Assembly (NCBI GenBank): GCA_032718475.1 | Contig: JAUCBJ010004524.1 | Coordinates: 1-64,000 of the forward strand | DNA: 64,000 bases | DNA from: Nemertoderma westbladi | Lineage: Eukaryota > Animalia > Xenacoelomorpha | Reading direction: 5' to 3' | In this document: positions 48,860 to 62,479 of the stretch, piece by piece | Numbering within the stretch: position 1 is the first letter of the stretch | How the letters are laid out: every line of letters starts with the position of its first letter | Notes under the pieces: generated by a model | The model's database searches: none | Told to the model about the DNA's origin: nothing | Seen by the model: the letters and a program-made list of their open reading frames with translations, nothing else | Made by a program: the position numbers and the translations under genes

Positions 48860-50423
48860 AGTGGAGTAGATGGTGTTCCCCTGAGGTCTTTAAAATACCT
48901 GAGTGTTTAAAGCTCATCTATCCCATCATAGTAGACATGTACCGTACAACAAGAGTCCCACAAGAAATGAAAACAAATAAGTTTGTGCCAGTTCCCAAGA
49001 AGGGCAACCTAGCACTCTATAGTTCTTTTCGAGGAATCTCATTGATCTCGATTGCTGCAAAGCGATACAATAGAATTATATTAAATCGCATCGGGGATCC
49101 CATTGAGAGACTGCTCCGTAGAAATCAGAATGGGTTCCGTAAAGGTCGTGGGACCATGGATCCCATTTTGGCACTTAGAAGAATAATTGAAGAGTTATCA
49201 AAAAAGAAAGACAGGCATCTGGCTGTTATCTTTGTTGACTTCTTCAAGGCCTTTGATTCAGTCTCTCGCTCACGTATGTTCAGCATACTTTCATTATATG
49301 GGATTCCTATATGGTATTGCAGCAATCAGATCAGTATACGATGGTTCGACAACAATTGTGTCTACTGTTGACGGTGACACAGAACCATTTGAAGTGTTAT
49401 AGGGCGTCCTCCAGGGAGACACACTTGCACCATTCTTGTTCATAATTGTTGTTGACTATGTTCTACGCATGTCCTTAGATCATCATAATGATGATGGGGT
49501 GATGATAACTCCACCTACTGGCTCCAGAAGTCGAGGAAATGATAACTCCACCTACTGGCTCCAGAAGTCGAGGAAATCCTGCCAAGTACCTAACTGATCT
49601 AGACTTTGCTGATGACTTAGGAGTACTCTCAAAATCATTAGAGGGAGCCCAACGGCTCCTCAGCTCATTAGAACATGCTGCTTCTAGTGTTGGTCTTTTT
49701 ATTAACTCCAGAAAGACCAAAATTTTGACAGTTAACTTTGAAAGTCCTCAGCAAGTCTCTGATCGGATGAGCATAAGCTCAAAAGATGGTATGCTTGAGC
49801 ATGTGGATGACTTCTGTTACCTGGGATCATGGATTCGGAAGTCAGGTGAGGACCTTCGAATACGTAAGGGAAAGGCATGGGCAGCCTTGAATAGGCTTTC
49901 CAGGATTTGGAAGTCACCGAGAATTAATCGGAAACTTAAGGTCCGGTTATTTAGAGCAGCAGTAGTTCCAGTACTCCTCTATGGGAGTCCATGCTGGGCT
50001 CTAACTGCTGAGGACACCAAATCTCTGTACGGCACATTCACAAGAATGCTACGCCGGGTTCATTGTGTCAAGTTCAATGCACACATCTCCAACCAGACAC
50101 TATATAACATTGGAGGTGTCTCATTGGTTCCCCCAAGCTTGACACTAGAACAAAATCGCCTCCGCTTTGCAGGATATTGCTTTCGCCGTGAGGTCCAGCC
50201 AGTGCATAATCTTGTACTTTGGCAGCCTCATGGAGTGAATAAGCATGGTAGACAGCCCATGACTTTCTTGAGACGCATCTTAAAGGACACTGGCCTTGAA
50301 GATGCGGATGATCTAGCAAATGTCATGGGTGATAGGGAGTTGTGGCGGTGCAATTTTTTCGATAAGCAGGCACAGCATTCTTAATAATGCAGCTGCAATG
50401 CAGCATGCCGATCCTAGTAGTAC
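48860..50423 (+). mobile_element. RTE-type LINE, 5'-truncated RT, disrupted
   Basis: It contains VPVPKKGNL..FRGISL, QNGFRKGRG, FVDFFKAFDSV, GVLQGDTLAP, LDFADD, FCYLGS and LLYGS. It has a frameshift, a stop and a short tandem duplication at about 49502-49577. Confidence 0.93.
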
Positions 50424-51766
50424 CACCATGTATCCTGCCAAGTTAAAGCCAATTAAAGTTATCGGTGAACGAGAGTGAGACACGAAGAAATTGGAGGCAA
50501 ACCCGAAGGAACTTCGCAGTTAGTGAATGTTCAATTCAGATGTCGGCAATGGCCTTTCAATCTATGTAGGTTTATATTGTGAATTCTATAGGCAATGATT
50601 TTTTGTGTCCGTTTTCATTTCTTTTCGTCATCTTGTAGAAATTTGCTTTTTTGTTACTATACAAAAATTACATCTTTTTTTACATTACGAAAATTTGAAT
50701 GATGATTTTTTGTCCGTATAAAAAGGTTTTGATGTTTAAAGGCTTTCTTCAATCTGTGAGACAGACAGAAACAGACAGTGAAAATCACCATGCATGTGGA
50801 AAAACATTTCGTAATTTCTGGACTCCCTCAGCGAATGGAGCAGCTTACAGAGATTCTTATATACCTATTGATGGAAATTAGTAGGTTAGAGAGTTGGTTT
50901 TTTTTAACCAGAAAGGTAAACGAATTGCGAATCTCGTTACGAATTGAGAGAAAGAGCTGGTCACAGAAGCCGGATATTCTATACAAAATAATAAATGATT
51001 GCGATTCCAATGCATGAAAAGGAGCAGAGGACAAAGGAATTTATCCAAAATAAATGGGGCATCATGATATGCCATTAGTAAGTAATAGTATTACAGCTTA
51101 TCTGGAGCTGTCCATGATTAAATAGGCCTAGGTGCCAATATTCAAAACATCACTCACACACTCCTCGGTTATCTGTGTCAGAGATGCGTATAGTATAACA
51201 TATGAGTAAAGCTTTTCACTACAGTAAACAGGCCTACATTTCAATCAATTATTATAGTATTATAGTTAATTGTTTTACTTGTCAGGCAGACAGTGAGAAC
51301 AAATTACCGATGTAAAGTTGTAAAAAATAACTCCATGTATGTACCGTGACTACTGAAACATCTTAAGTTTGTAAGAATTGTGAATCTCAAATGCTAACTT
51401 AATGAATACGAAAGCTTTCATGTGTGTGTAATAGCATATAGCATTAGATCGGATTAATTCGAGATGAGACTGGGCGACATGTACTTATGAATTATTTATA
51501 CACCTCCTCGCACAACAACTTCAAATTATTCCTACATTTCTTACAACATATCCATCCCGGCGTCTGTTTGTCTGCATTTCATATATCCGAATGATTACAG
51601 ACTGTAAATGTATTGTTGTGCGTTATTGTAGCACAATCAGAGAAATGAATGTGTTACTTTGGGATAGAAAATAAATTATCTTTATGTTGCAATTTATGTT
51701 ACAGCTTTTGTGCGGATTCCTTAATTTACAAATAGATCAAACAAATCAAACTAATCTGTTTTTTAA

Positions 51767-53840
51767 CCCTATTACCACTGGTGGGGGGGGGGGGGGGGGA
51801 TCGGCCCATTCCTAGTTTTTAGTTGCTGTAACTATGCAACCACATTACGTACCGGCCCAATTTTTATTGAGATTTAGCCAAATTTAATGCCGCATCTTTT
51901 GCAAAAAACGACGTTGCAATTGGATTTCTACTTTTCGATGTGGGTGCCACCTCAAAATTTGGTCTCCAGCACCAACTTTTTTGAAATTTTCGAATTTTAC
52001 AAAGTCATTCGTGATTTAGTAATTATTTATGTTTGGGCTATTTTTATTTATTTTTATTGGTTTGGATCACTCTAATGCTCTATACAAGTATGTAAGTGTA
52101 GTGGTACGTCATTTTTGGAGCAACAAAATTAGGGCGTGGCACTCTAAAATTTCAAAACTACTTTATTCGTAAAATTTACTAACGTTTTGATTTCGAAGCA
52201 TTTTTATTGGTTTTCTGGAGCACTGAATCGATTGAAAGTAATATAGAAGCCTGAAGACTTGTGGTTCGCCATTTTTGGTGCACCAAAATTAGGGCATGGC
52301 ACTTCCAATTTTGAAAAATACGACATTCGGAAAATACACTAAAGTTTTGATTTCAAAGCATTTTTATAGGTTTTCTGGAGCGCTGAATCGATTGAAAGTA
52401 ATATAGAAGCCTGAAGACTTAGTGGTTAGCAATTTTTGGTGCACCAAAATTAGGGCGTGGCACTTCAAATTTTGAAAAATACGAGATTCGGAAAATACAC
52501 TAAAGTTTTGATTTGCAAAGCATTTTTATAGGTTTTTCTGGAGCGCTGGATCGATTGAAAGTAATATAGAAGCCTGAAGACTTAGTTGTTCGCCATTTTT
52601 GGTGCACCAAAATTAGGGCATGGCACTTCCAATTTTGAAAAATACGACATTCGGAAAATACACTAAAGTTTTGATTTCAAAGCATTTTTATAGGTTTTCT
52701 GGAGCGCTGAATCGATTGAAAGTAATATAGAAGCCTGAAGACTTAGTGGTTCGCCATTTTTGGTGCACCAAAATTAGGGCATGGCACTTCCAATTTTGAA
52801 AAATACGACATTCGGAAAATACACTAAAGTTTTGATTTGCAAAGCATTTTTATAGGTTTTTCTGGAGCGCTGGATCGATTGAAAGTAATATAGAAGCCTG
52901 AAGACTTAGTGGTTCGCCATTTTTGGTGCACCAAAATTAGGGCATGGCACTTCCAATTTTGAAAAATACGACATTCGGAAAATACACTAAAGTTTTGATT
53001 TCAAAGCATTTTTATAGGTTTTCTGGAACGCTGAATCGATTGAAAGTAATATAGAAGCCTCAAATCCTTGGTGTACGTAATTTTCGGTGCACCAAAATTA
53101 GGGCGTTGTACTTCAAATTTTCAAAATTACTTTATTCGGAAAAACACGAAAGTTTTGATTTCAAAAAATGGCTAACCTCTAAGTCTTCAGGCTTCTATAT
53201 TACTTTCAATCGATTCAGCGGTCTAGAAAACCTATATAAATGCGCTAAAATTTCAATTTTGGTTTATTTTCCGAATCTCGTATTTTTCAAAATTTGAAGT
53301 GCCATGCCCTAATTTTGGTGCACCTCAAATGGCGAACCACTAAGTCTTCAGGTTTCTATATTACTTTCAATCGATTCAGCGGGCCAGAAAACCTAGAAAG
53401 ATGCGTTGAAATAAAAAATTAGGGGCATTTTCTGAATATTTAATTTGTCAAAATTTGAAGTGCCACGCCCACTTCTTAAATGCACGAAAAATAGCATCCA
53501 CTTCAATTTTTGGAAATGGAATATAATCACATTCGATTCAGCATCTTGAAAAACCTACTAAATCTAGACAACACTGCCACACTATTAGTTTTTAGAAAAC
53601 GAAAAATTTTGTAATTTTGTCCTGGGACTACTTTTATTTTTTTCATCAAAATTATGATTCCCTGCTTATGAAATTTTAACTTTTTAAGGTTTGGTAATGT
53701 TCATCTATAGTTGTTTCACCAACAGCCCAAATTCTGTAGGATTTCATTGAACGATTACAAAAATATAGTGGGTGGGCCGAATCGCCCCCGCCCCCAGTGC
53801 CAGTGGTGCTAATGGTCAAAACACCCCAGTGGTAATAGGG
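51767..53840. mobile_element. piggyBac-type non-autonomous element with an internal satellite
   Basis: It has a TTAA TSD (51763-51766 and 53841-53844) and a perfect 15-bp TIR CCCTATTACCACTGG. About 6-7 direct ~160-bp units (52090-53165) are followed by about 2 inverted units (53175-53560). Confidence 0.93.
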
Positions 53841-54116
53841 TTAATGGACAAGTTGTAACCAGAGCTGTAATGCTATCCAACATTATCACGTCGCCACATG
53901 TTCAGAATCTACCATAATACATATTGTACTTTAAAATAAGTACTACTGTATATGTATTGTCCTATATGGACTGATCTGACCTTTAAGAAATATATACTTG
54001 TTCTTGAATCCAATTGACTGTAATGACAATTTATTATGTCATTATTATTAATTGTGTGCTTAATTGTATGTAATTAAGTGCTATTAATTGTTATTATAAT
54101 AATGTTATACACCATG

Positions 54117-55010
54117 ACCCGTAATATAGTGTCATTTCTGATGACACGGACCCCCCCCCCCCCCCCCCCAGATTTTTCTACAAATCTTTATCATATTGCT
54201 GGAAATTTGCTTGAAACACAACTAGTTCCACTCACCGTCGTTGACCCCACGAAGCCGGAATTTTCAAATTTGCCTTTAAATTTCTTTAAAAAGCGTTTTA
54301 AAAAAGTGTCTTGCAAAATCGCACCATCCCGTATCATTGCCATTCTTCACATTAGTCGTAATTTTTTCATATCAATAGAAAGCTTGCGTTGCTGGGATTC
54401 GAAATGTGTAACAATATCTGAATTTTGTTGAGAAACAGCGGAGAAATAGGCGTTCAAATATTGTAAGAATTATTGTTCGCTGCAGGCCATTTATTCTATT
54501 TAATAAATACCCATCTGGAACAATTTGTTTAAGTATGAATAGCTATGCAATAGATATAGTGGATAGGATTACCGCTGTTGCCAACCAACTCTTAAAATAA
54601 ATAACACGTTCTAGAATTTTGTGTATTTATTAAATAGAATAAATGGCCTGCGGCGAATGATCGTTCTTGCAATCTTTGAAATCCTATATCTCAGCTGTTT
54701 CTCAAAGGAATTCAGATATTGTTACATATTTAGAATCCTTGCAACGCGAGCTTTTTAATGATATGTAAAAGTTACGACAAATGCGAAGAATGGCCACGAC
54801 ACAGAGGGTGCGATTTCGCAAAGGACACTTTTTTAAAACGCTTATTAAAAAAATTTAAAGGCTAAATTTGAAAATTCCGGCTTCATGGGGTCAACGACGG
54901 TGAGTGGAACTAGTTGTGTTTTAAATTTCAAGCAATATGATAATGATTTGTATAACAATCTGGGGGGGGGGGGGGTCCGTGTCATCAGAAAATGGCACTA
55001 TATTACGGTT
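54117..55010. mobile_element. Near-complete fold-back MITE
   Basis: Long imperfect inverted arms of about 400 bp each run ccgtaatatagtgtcatttctgatgacacggac(C)n ... (G)ntccgtgtcatcagaaaatggcactatattacgg. Confidence 0.9.
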
Positions 55011-55194
55011 ATTCTAACATCTAACTTTAATAAAGCCCAAGGAAGGCCTCTAGGAGAGGCAGAAAGCTAGCTCTCTGCGATAATTCCCTTTCTTTTTGTT
55101 ACTTGTCGGTGGGTGTAGACCATTAACCACATTTGTTGTATTAAATTATAATATTTATTTTATATATATATATTATATTATTTAAACCATATTA

Positions 55195-56295
55195 CTACTA
55201 CTTCTAGGTCGAGCGAACTCTGACAGTGGAAATGAGATCCTTCCAGGCTTCCCGATTCTCCAGAGTTGTCCATGTTTCTCGCAAGTTCAGTATGCATTTC
55301 AAGCTGGTCTGTATATGTTATAGCCAGTCGCCCATGGGTACGCTTTCCATGTGTTGGTTGCCAGAAAAGTAGATCTGGTATGACCTCGTCTTTACTTCGC
55401 CAGCAGTGCCCAATGAATCTTAATCTGCGTTCACGGAGGGTGGTTGATACAGGTGGTATTGTACCATAAAGCTCGGCGTTTGTCATGTGTTGTCTCCAGC
55501 TGATGTTTAGGGCTGCCCTTAGTAGTCTTGTGTAGCAACCATCAATTTGATGTTCATGTGATTTCGTCATTGTCCAGGTCTCTAATAAAGGTACACTAAA
55601 ATAGATCTATAAAATCTATAAAAATACACTTTCCACTGTGGCTCGAAAGAACTTAGTCTTCAGGTGCCTGGAGAGATCTGATTTCCTAATGGTATCTATT
55701 TTTGATAGAGCTACCCATGCCTTTGCTTTCCTAACTTCTATGTCTTTTTTGCTATTCTCTATCATTAACTCATGAATTTGGTTTTTGGTAGAATTTATAT
55801 GTAATCCAACCTCATTAGCAGTCATCTCCACTTTATTCAGCAGAAGCTGTGCATCTGCTAGCATATTAGAGAACAGTGCGATGTCATCCGCAAAGTCGGT
55901 GTCTGTGACTGTAGTTGCCGGATATCTATTACTTATCCGTTCTTGTTTGTCTGTGTCTGTATTCTACAATTACAATTAGTAATGGCACCAATGGTCACCT
56001 TGCAGTACGCCAGCCATTATTGAGAAGAACTCAGTTTCACCATCTGGTGAGAGTACATGAGCTTCCGTGTCACAATATAATAATCCAATGACATCCACAA
56101 TTACCTCTGGTATTCCATAAGCTCTTGGGATTTCCAGCATTTTATCTCTATGGATTGAATCGAATGCTTTCTTGAAGTCCACAAATGTCATCAGGCCAGC
56201 AGGGAGATTCTTTGACTTAATTCCTTCAATCAGTCTCCATAATGAAAGTATAGCTATTACTGATCTATGTGGTCGAAATCTGTTTTGGCTCTTAT
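55195..56295 (-). mobile_element. RTE-type LINE fragment (second family), degraded
   Basis: It contains FVDFKKAFDSIHR, AGVLQGD, DFADDIAL, VRKAKAW.A..K, and IDGCYTRLLR.ALNISW.QH..LRERRLRFIGH. Confidence 0.9.
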
Positions 56296-56296
56296 A

Positions 56297-56740
56297 CAGA
56301 CCAGGCGGAAACCAGACGGCATGTCCCTAGCCCCCTGGTCATCAGGTAAACCATTGGTGTGGGATTACACATGCAGGGACACCCTTGCACCATCACACCT
56401 CCACAACACATCAGTTTGGGCTGGTGCCGCTACAGCCTTAGCCGAAACCACTAAGGGCAACAAATATGCAGATCTCCAACACAACTATATCTTCGCCACC
56501 ATAGCCACTAAAACCCTCGGGACCATAGGAGAGGAGGGAACAGCCATTTTAAACGAGATTGGACGTAGGATTGCTCGAGCCACAGGCGAACCAACAGCTC
56601 AACCTCTTTCTTGTTCCAGAGGCTATCAATAGCAACCATCCGGGGCAACGCGACAGCCGTGCTCGGAACTCTACCCAGACAGGCCAACCTAGACGAGATA
56701 TTACAAATGTAGGAGAAGGGAGGGGCGACCCATAACTTTT
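56297..56740 (+). mobile_element. CRE-clade non-LTR 3' fragment (RLE domain)
   Basis: It reads KPDGMSLAPWSSGKPLVWDYTCRDTLAPS..AETTKGNKY..F..IA.KTLG, and after a frameshift LFQRLSIATIRGNA. Confidence 0.85.
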
Positions 56741-57379
56741 AGAGATTGGTGACTATATAATCAACTGAAGGTAATAAATGGTGCGTACTATTTTATTAAG
56801 TTTAGTCATTAAAGGTTTTAGTATACTATGGTCTATATACGGTAAGCTATGGAAATACATTTAGTGCTGTTGTATCTAATCAGGTAATTAATAATTGTTA
56901 ACATGTAGATATTTCACTATATAATCTATAGTAATCAATAATAAATAGAACAGGTTACAGTTTTATTACAGTAGTTACTAGTGTGAAATAAGTGTGAGAG
57001 CTGAGCGCTCTAATTTCTACATTTACCAATATGTCACTGAACATTTTGGATAAATAAAATAAAATAATGTGTTTCTCTGGAAACACAAATGGTGCCCGTC
57101 TAACTGTGAATGCAACCGTTAGTATAATTTACATTACAGAAACAAAACCTGTTATCATGGATGCACAAAAATAGTGACATTCTGGTAAATATTAAATGTA
57201 TTTTGAACATAGTGTACTCTATTAACTGTCTACTGTCTAAGGCCTTGCAAGCGTTCAGCCTTCATAATTTATGGAGGCTGGATTATAACCGGTAGCATAC
57301 TGCTGTACTGTGTGTGTGCAGGCATGGGGAAAAATAGTGACATTCTGGTAAATATTAAATGTATTTTCAACATAGCGTT

Positions 57380-58913
57380 CTCTATTGCTACTGATTGCCA
57401 TGCAATTTTTAAACTCTTATCTGCTCGACGCAGGGATTTTGAACTAGCTGAGATTATGGAGGACATCAAACAACATGTCATTCTTCGCCATGTAGACTCA
57501 CGATGGCTAACAACTGGTCCAGTAGCCACCCGACTCCTGAAACAGCTTCCAGCACTAATTAATTATTTCAAGTTCTGCAAAAACAGCAAAGATCAATCCC
57601 TGAAGAAGTTCTCTCAGTCTGCAAGATTCATTAGAATTGATACCACACTATCCAATCCATTGACGCAACCATGTCTAGACACCATTGTGTATCTCTGTGG
57701 ACTGTTCAAATACTTCCTTCTGACGTTTCAGAAAGCGACTCCACAGGTGCACTACATCTATACAGAGAGCAATGATCTGTACCACAGGATTTTGTCTGTG
57801 TTCTGCCTGTCAGATAAACTTCAGTCCTCGGAGAGGTTACCACTTACAGGAAAGAAACTCCTCGATGTTGATTTCAATTTGTCATCTAACTGGAGTACTG
57901 GTCTGCAACTTGGATGCGCCCTCGAACATTCTGATCTAACTCAACCTCTGATCAAGCAGTTGCGAACTGGTCTTATAGCAATGGCGCAGTATATTCATGG
58001 CCACTTACCTATATCAAACATTCTATTCCGTTCTCTCCAAGTTATCCATCCCATAATTGGTAGTCGAAGAGTTACAGTGGCAAAGAAATGGCTCAAGTAT
58101 CTCACTGTGCGCTTTATAAGAGTTTGTGGGGGTTCAATGGCAGATGCAGACACAATTAACCATGGGTATAGTTTATTCTGTCTTCAAGACCTGTTGGAAT
58201 ATGAAATCAATCTCGCAAATGAAGACATTAGTATGTTTTGGACGGAGTTCATGCAGAAAACATACCCGATTGGTGGTGAAAAAAACCAGTACCTGGCACG
58301 ATTCATGTTGAATATGGCAACTTTCACCCATGGCAATGATGGACCGGAGAGGGGATTTAATACAAACAGCCTCATTGTCAACAAACAACGTTTGAATCTA
58401 AAGAAAAGTACCATTATAGGCACTCGCCATTGCAAAGAAGCCATAACAATCGCGGGTGGTGCCCACAATATATCATATACCTCAGAAATGCTATCTGCTG
58501 CATGCAAAGCATATGCAACATATAACCTAGATCTGCAGGAAGACAGGGCTGCGCAGCAAATGAGAGATCTTGAATCGACCAGGAAGCGCAAGATAGCCGA
58601 GGAGGAGGAAAGCCAACTCAAACGTCCTGCAGACATTTAGCTCGACATAAAACGACTGGAGACACGATTAACTGCTGTAGTTGGGCATATAGCAGCTGCC
58701 CAATGCATTTATGATTCTGCAGCTGTGAAGCTAACTGATGCTATCAGCCAGGGTGATCTGACTCAGGCAGGAATCGCTAATACTGAGATAAAACACTCAA
58801 TGGAAACTATTAGATCCCAGCAATCATTGGCAGATAATCTGAAACTTCAGCTTGCTGCAGATATTTACAAGGTTATAACAGAGAATGACGAGCATATGCC
58901 GATTATATTTTGA
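57380..58913 (+). pseudogene. hAT-superfamily transposase, C-terminal half, with a premature stop
   Basis: It contains D...F..SARRRDF, LRHVDSRWL..RLL.Q..AL..YF and THGNDGPERGFN..KQRLNL (catalytic E / hATC region). The coiled-coil tail continues in the same frame past the TAG at 58638-58640 to 58913. The N-terminal DD half is absent. Subterminal atcctttt repeats lie at about 59690-59813. Confidence 0.8.
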
Positions 58914-60689
58914 TTATATATTTTTTTGACAAAAATCACAAGTTTTGGAGAGAACTTTAACATATTGATTTCTGAGACAGAAGCTGTCTCTGTCTCAGTA
59001 AATATGTATATTAAAGTTCTCTCCACAGCTACAATTTTAGCGTGTGATTTATTATGATTGACGCAAAACCCACTTTGGTGAATCAACAATGATGATTTTC
59101 AATTTAGGGAAAGGAACAGGTTGCAGTGGCAGTCTATTCTAACCAAAACAATAATTGAATGTCTATAACACGGTTACAGTTTCGTTTTTGCTTGTAATCA
59201 GCTGTTATTTACATCCATTTCCCCTGGATATGGTTGTATTTTTATTGCATCTTAAAGCATTTTTGTTATATATATAAATGTAGCCACGACCGGAAATCCA
59301 TACCAAAGTTTTATATCACTTTCAAACTAAAGTTCTATTTTCAAGCGTTTGGTTAACCTCTATCAATGACCATCAATCGGCGGAGCTCGACCATCTCTGA
59401 TAACTAGGCAAAAAAGGTGAAAATATCAGTATAATTATATTAATATATTAACTATAATTAATATTAATTATATTACCATTGCCGTTGTTCTCTTTCCTCT
59501 GTGTTTATATTTTTTAACTTTCTTTGATATCTTCCTGTCATTTAAAACAGTGACGTTTCTTAATGGGATTCTTCATAGTATATATAGTAAGGTTAATGAA
59601 ATAGAATCAAGAAAGCACTAAAGACATAATGTTTACTATTATTTTTGTAAAGATAATATCTATTCAGTTTTTCAATTTTTTTGAACCGTATCCGATCCTT
59701 CTTTTTTCCTTTTTTTTATGAACTTCATCCTATCCTTTTTTTCATTTTTTTTTTTGAAAATATGAAATCCTTTTATCCTTTTTTTTTCTTGATTTTTTTT
59801 GGCTGGAAGGGCAGAAAACTGTAAAGAACTTTGCAACAAGTATGTATGTAGTTTTATTCCAAAATTTTAACATTACGAAACGATTGTATATACATTATAA
59901 GTGATAGAAACTGCACAAATTATATTAGTTGCTGTATAAATAAATGTAAAAGTGACATCAATTATGTTATAAAAAAGATGGCTTATATTTATAGTGGCGT
60001 TTGGAGCCATGTTAATAATATAGCTACTGGTTATTAATAGCTATACCACTACCGGTAGGTAATGCAGTAGGCCTATCTGGCTGTCTGGCAAATTTCCACC
60101 TATTGTTTAGGTGGAATCCAATGACGGCGTTAAGTAATGTCCCCTTAGTGGACATTACTTAACGCCATCATGGGTTACCACGTAAACAATAACTCCAAAT
60201 ACAATACTAAATGTACAGGCCAATACAATGCTGTAATGTCCTCTAAAGTTGTAAAGTGCTAAATAACAACTCGCTGTTAATACTAACGGCGTTGAGTAAT
60301 GTTACAATTTTGGAATAAAATATTTAATTAAATGAAACTAAATGTAATTTAATATCGCCTATATTTGAAAAAGAAAAAGAGAATTATCGAGAGCTCATAA
60401 AATATGAAAACATTTTTTAAGTGATTGAACGTCAGTTGAGTTTTATTTAATCCATTCTTCTTTATTGCATACAACTGGTTCTCACACCCTACAGTTATAT
60501 TATTGATTTTTAATTAATATTCTAATAATATATAAAAGTTGCTTAAATTTTGTGATCGATCGGTAAGGTTAAGATCTTTGTTATTTAATATTTTCCGGAT
60601 ATATATTATTAGGTATCTTACACGGCGCCTTTGAATCGAATATATTTTAAGTGTTACAAGATGTTAACAATATTAGACCATACCTATCA

Positions 60690-61050
60690 TTTATTCGTCT
60701 GGTATAAGAACTCTGAATTTGTTCCAGTTTCTGTATGTCGGATAAGGCAGTTGGATTCCACAACCCGCAGCAATACTCTAGTTTAGGGTCGTATTAAGCT
60801 AGTGAAAAGTGTCATTAATGGCAACTTGTTTCTTGTGGTAATAGTACGGAGCACCCATCCCCATAACTGAAATGCCGATTTTGAAATGGTTGCTTTGTTG
60901 AAAAAAAAACTCCATTTAATGCTTATGCCAAGGTACTTGACATAATCTGCGGTATGGAAGCAACTTGATTGGTTGGTTTTTAGCTGTAGTAAGATGGGCA
61001 GGGGCTTGGTGAAGCATATTTCTTGCTGAAAATTTGGATGCGTTCAAACG
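60690..61050 (-). mobile_element. CR1-type LINE RT C-terminal fragment
   Basis: The minus strand reads VKYLGI, then GWVLRTI..LMTLFTSLIRP, LEYCCGLWNP..DIQKLEQIQ..YTRRI. Confidence 0.8.
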
Positions 61051-61139
61051 TCCATGTAACTGACGTCAGTGAAGTTTAATTATCGTAGAAAATTTGCAAA
61101 TTTCCCATGTACATCATCTACAGAATACAGTGTACACAT

Positions 61140-61871
61140 TCTTTCTTGTTTGCAGCATCCAACAAACACTTTTCCATTATTTTGCAGAAGTCGGACGTCT
61201 CATTGGTCAAATTGTCTCTGAGTGATTGACTTGTGGAGGCAATCGCTTCATAAAATATAACAAGAATCATCTTCTTTTCACACATAACCTCTATGGGAGT
61301 TTTAGAATAAATAACAAAACAAACATGCGGCCTCCTGCGGTAGTTATTTTTCTTTGTGTAATCTCATATTGTGTTTTTTTTTCAGACATCTTCTCTACTT
61401 TGTGGTTGGCAGTCTATATCTAGCAAATCTTTCTTTATGAACTAATTTCGGGAGACCTGTGATTTTCGCTGATTCTCGATTTCAATCAAGCGCTCCACTC
61501 TTTTTTTCCAATTACAAAAACCTGGTGCCAGAGAGTGAAACACAAATATCAAATTATCTCGAGGATGCTTGAAGTAAGTACGGACTCTGCAGAAAGCACA
61601 TAATATGTATAATAATATTTTTTTGCTTTTGATACCAGCCAGAGTCAAGGCTGGGATTCTAACCATTCCGATTGAAAGTAGGGAGAATAAGGAGGGTTGA
61701 ACCCAAATTAAATTATATTGATTTATTGTGTTCCACATCGTAGCTTCATGCTGAATTGCACAAATAACTAAAACAATATATTCCACATTGGGATAAATAT
61801 TAAAGTGCTAAAATCATGTATTATATGAGAAATAAGTTTTTTCCCGAGCCGAGTTTTCTGGTTCACGCCTC
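61140..61871 (-). mobile_element. Degraded hAT (Tip100/ZMYM1-like) transposase 5' fragment
   Basis: GFCNWKKRVERLIE resembles the TTF-type zinc finger motif GFxNWKKAxERxxxHE. A candidate terminus GAGGCGTGAACCAG is at 61871. Confidence 0.5.
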
Positions 61872-62479
61872 CTACCAGATATATGTGAGGCGTGAATCAG
61901 GGGGGTTTGGAGGGTTGAACCGCCCATAGAAGCAATGTTATCAAATGAAAATATGTCAATGAAAATTAGTCCCTCTGTCAGTTTGTCTATGTTTTTTCAG
62001 TGTTTGCGAATAGTCAAACAAACACATTTTTTGAACATATCACTAAAGTTTGATTTATTTTCTCACGAATTTTTAATTCTATGTGAAATGTTTCACAAAA
62101 ATGTCCATTGCCACACAACCTCTCAGAATTTTTTGAAATTATGAAAACATTTTGTAAGAAAAACTTTCAAATTTTGAGTGAAGATATTTATTGACTAAAA
62201 ATATAAATTTATAAATTATTTATTATAATTAATTTATATAATTAATTATTATAAATTATTTATAAATTATTATAAATTAAATCTATAAATTTATAGACTA
62301 ATTGACTTTAAAAAAATAGCCAAATAATTAGTGTCACAAACATTAAAATCACGATCCGGTGCTTATGCGTACATAATATAAAAAACTAATTGGTTAACTT
62401 TATTCTAAAGGTAAAAAATGATCCTAGTGAGATATTTTCAAGTCTATAACTCAAATGGCAGCTGAGAAACATGTACCGA

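Noticed and set aside
52250-53060. CTGAAGA in each satellite unit as hammerhead cores
   Set aside because: There is no stem II-GAAA-stem III arrangement downstream. The same applies to CTGACGA at about 41015 and CTGATGA in the MITE TIRs.
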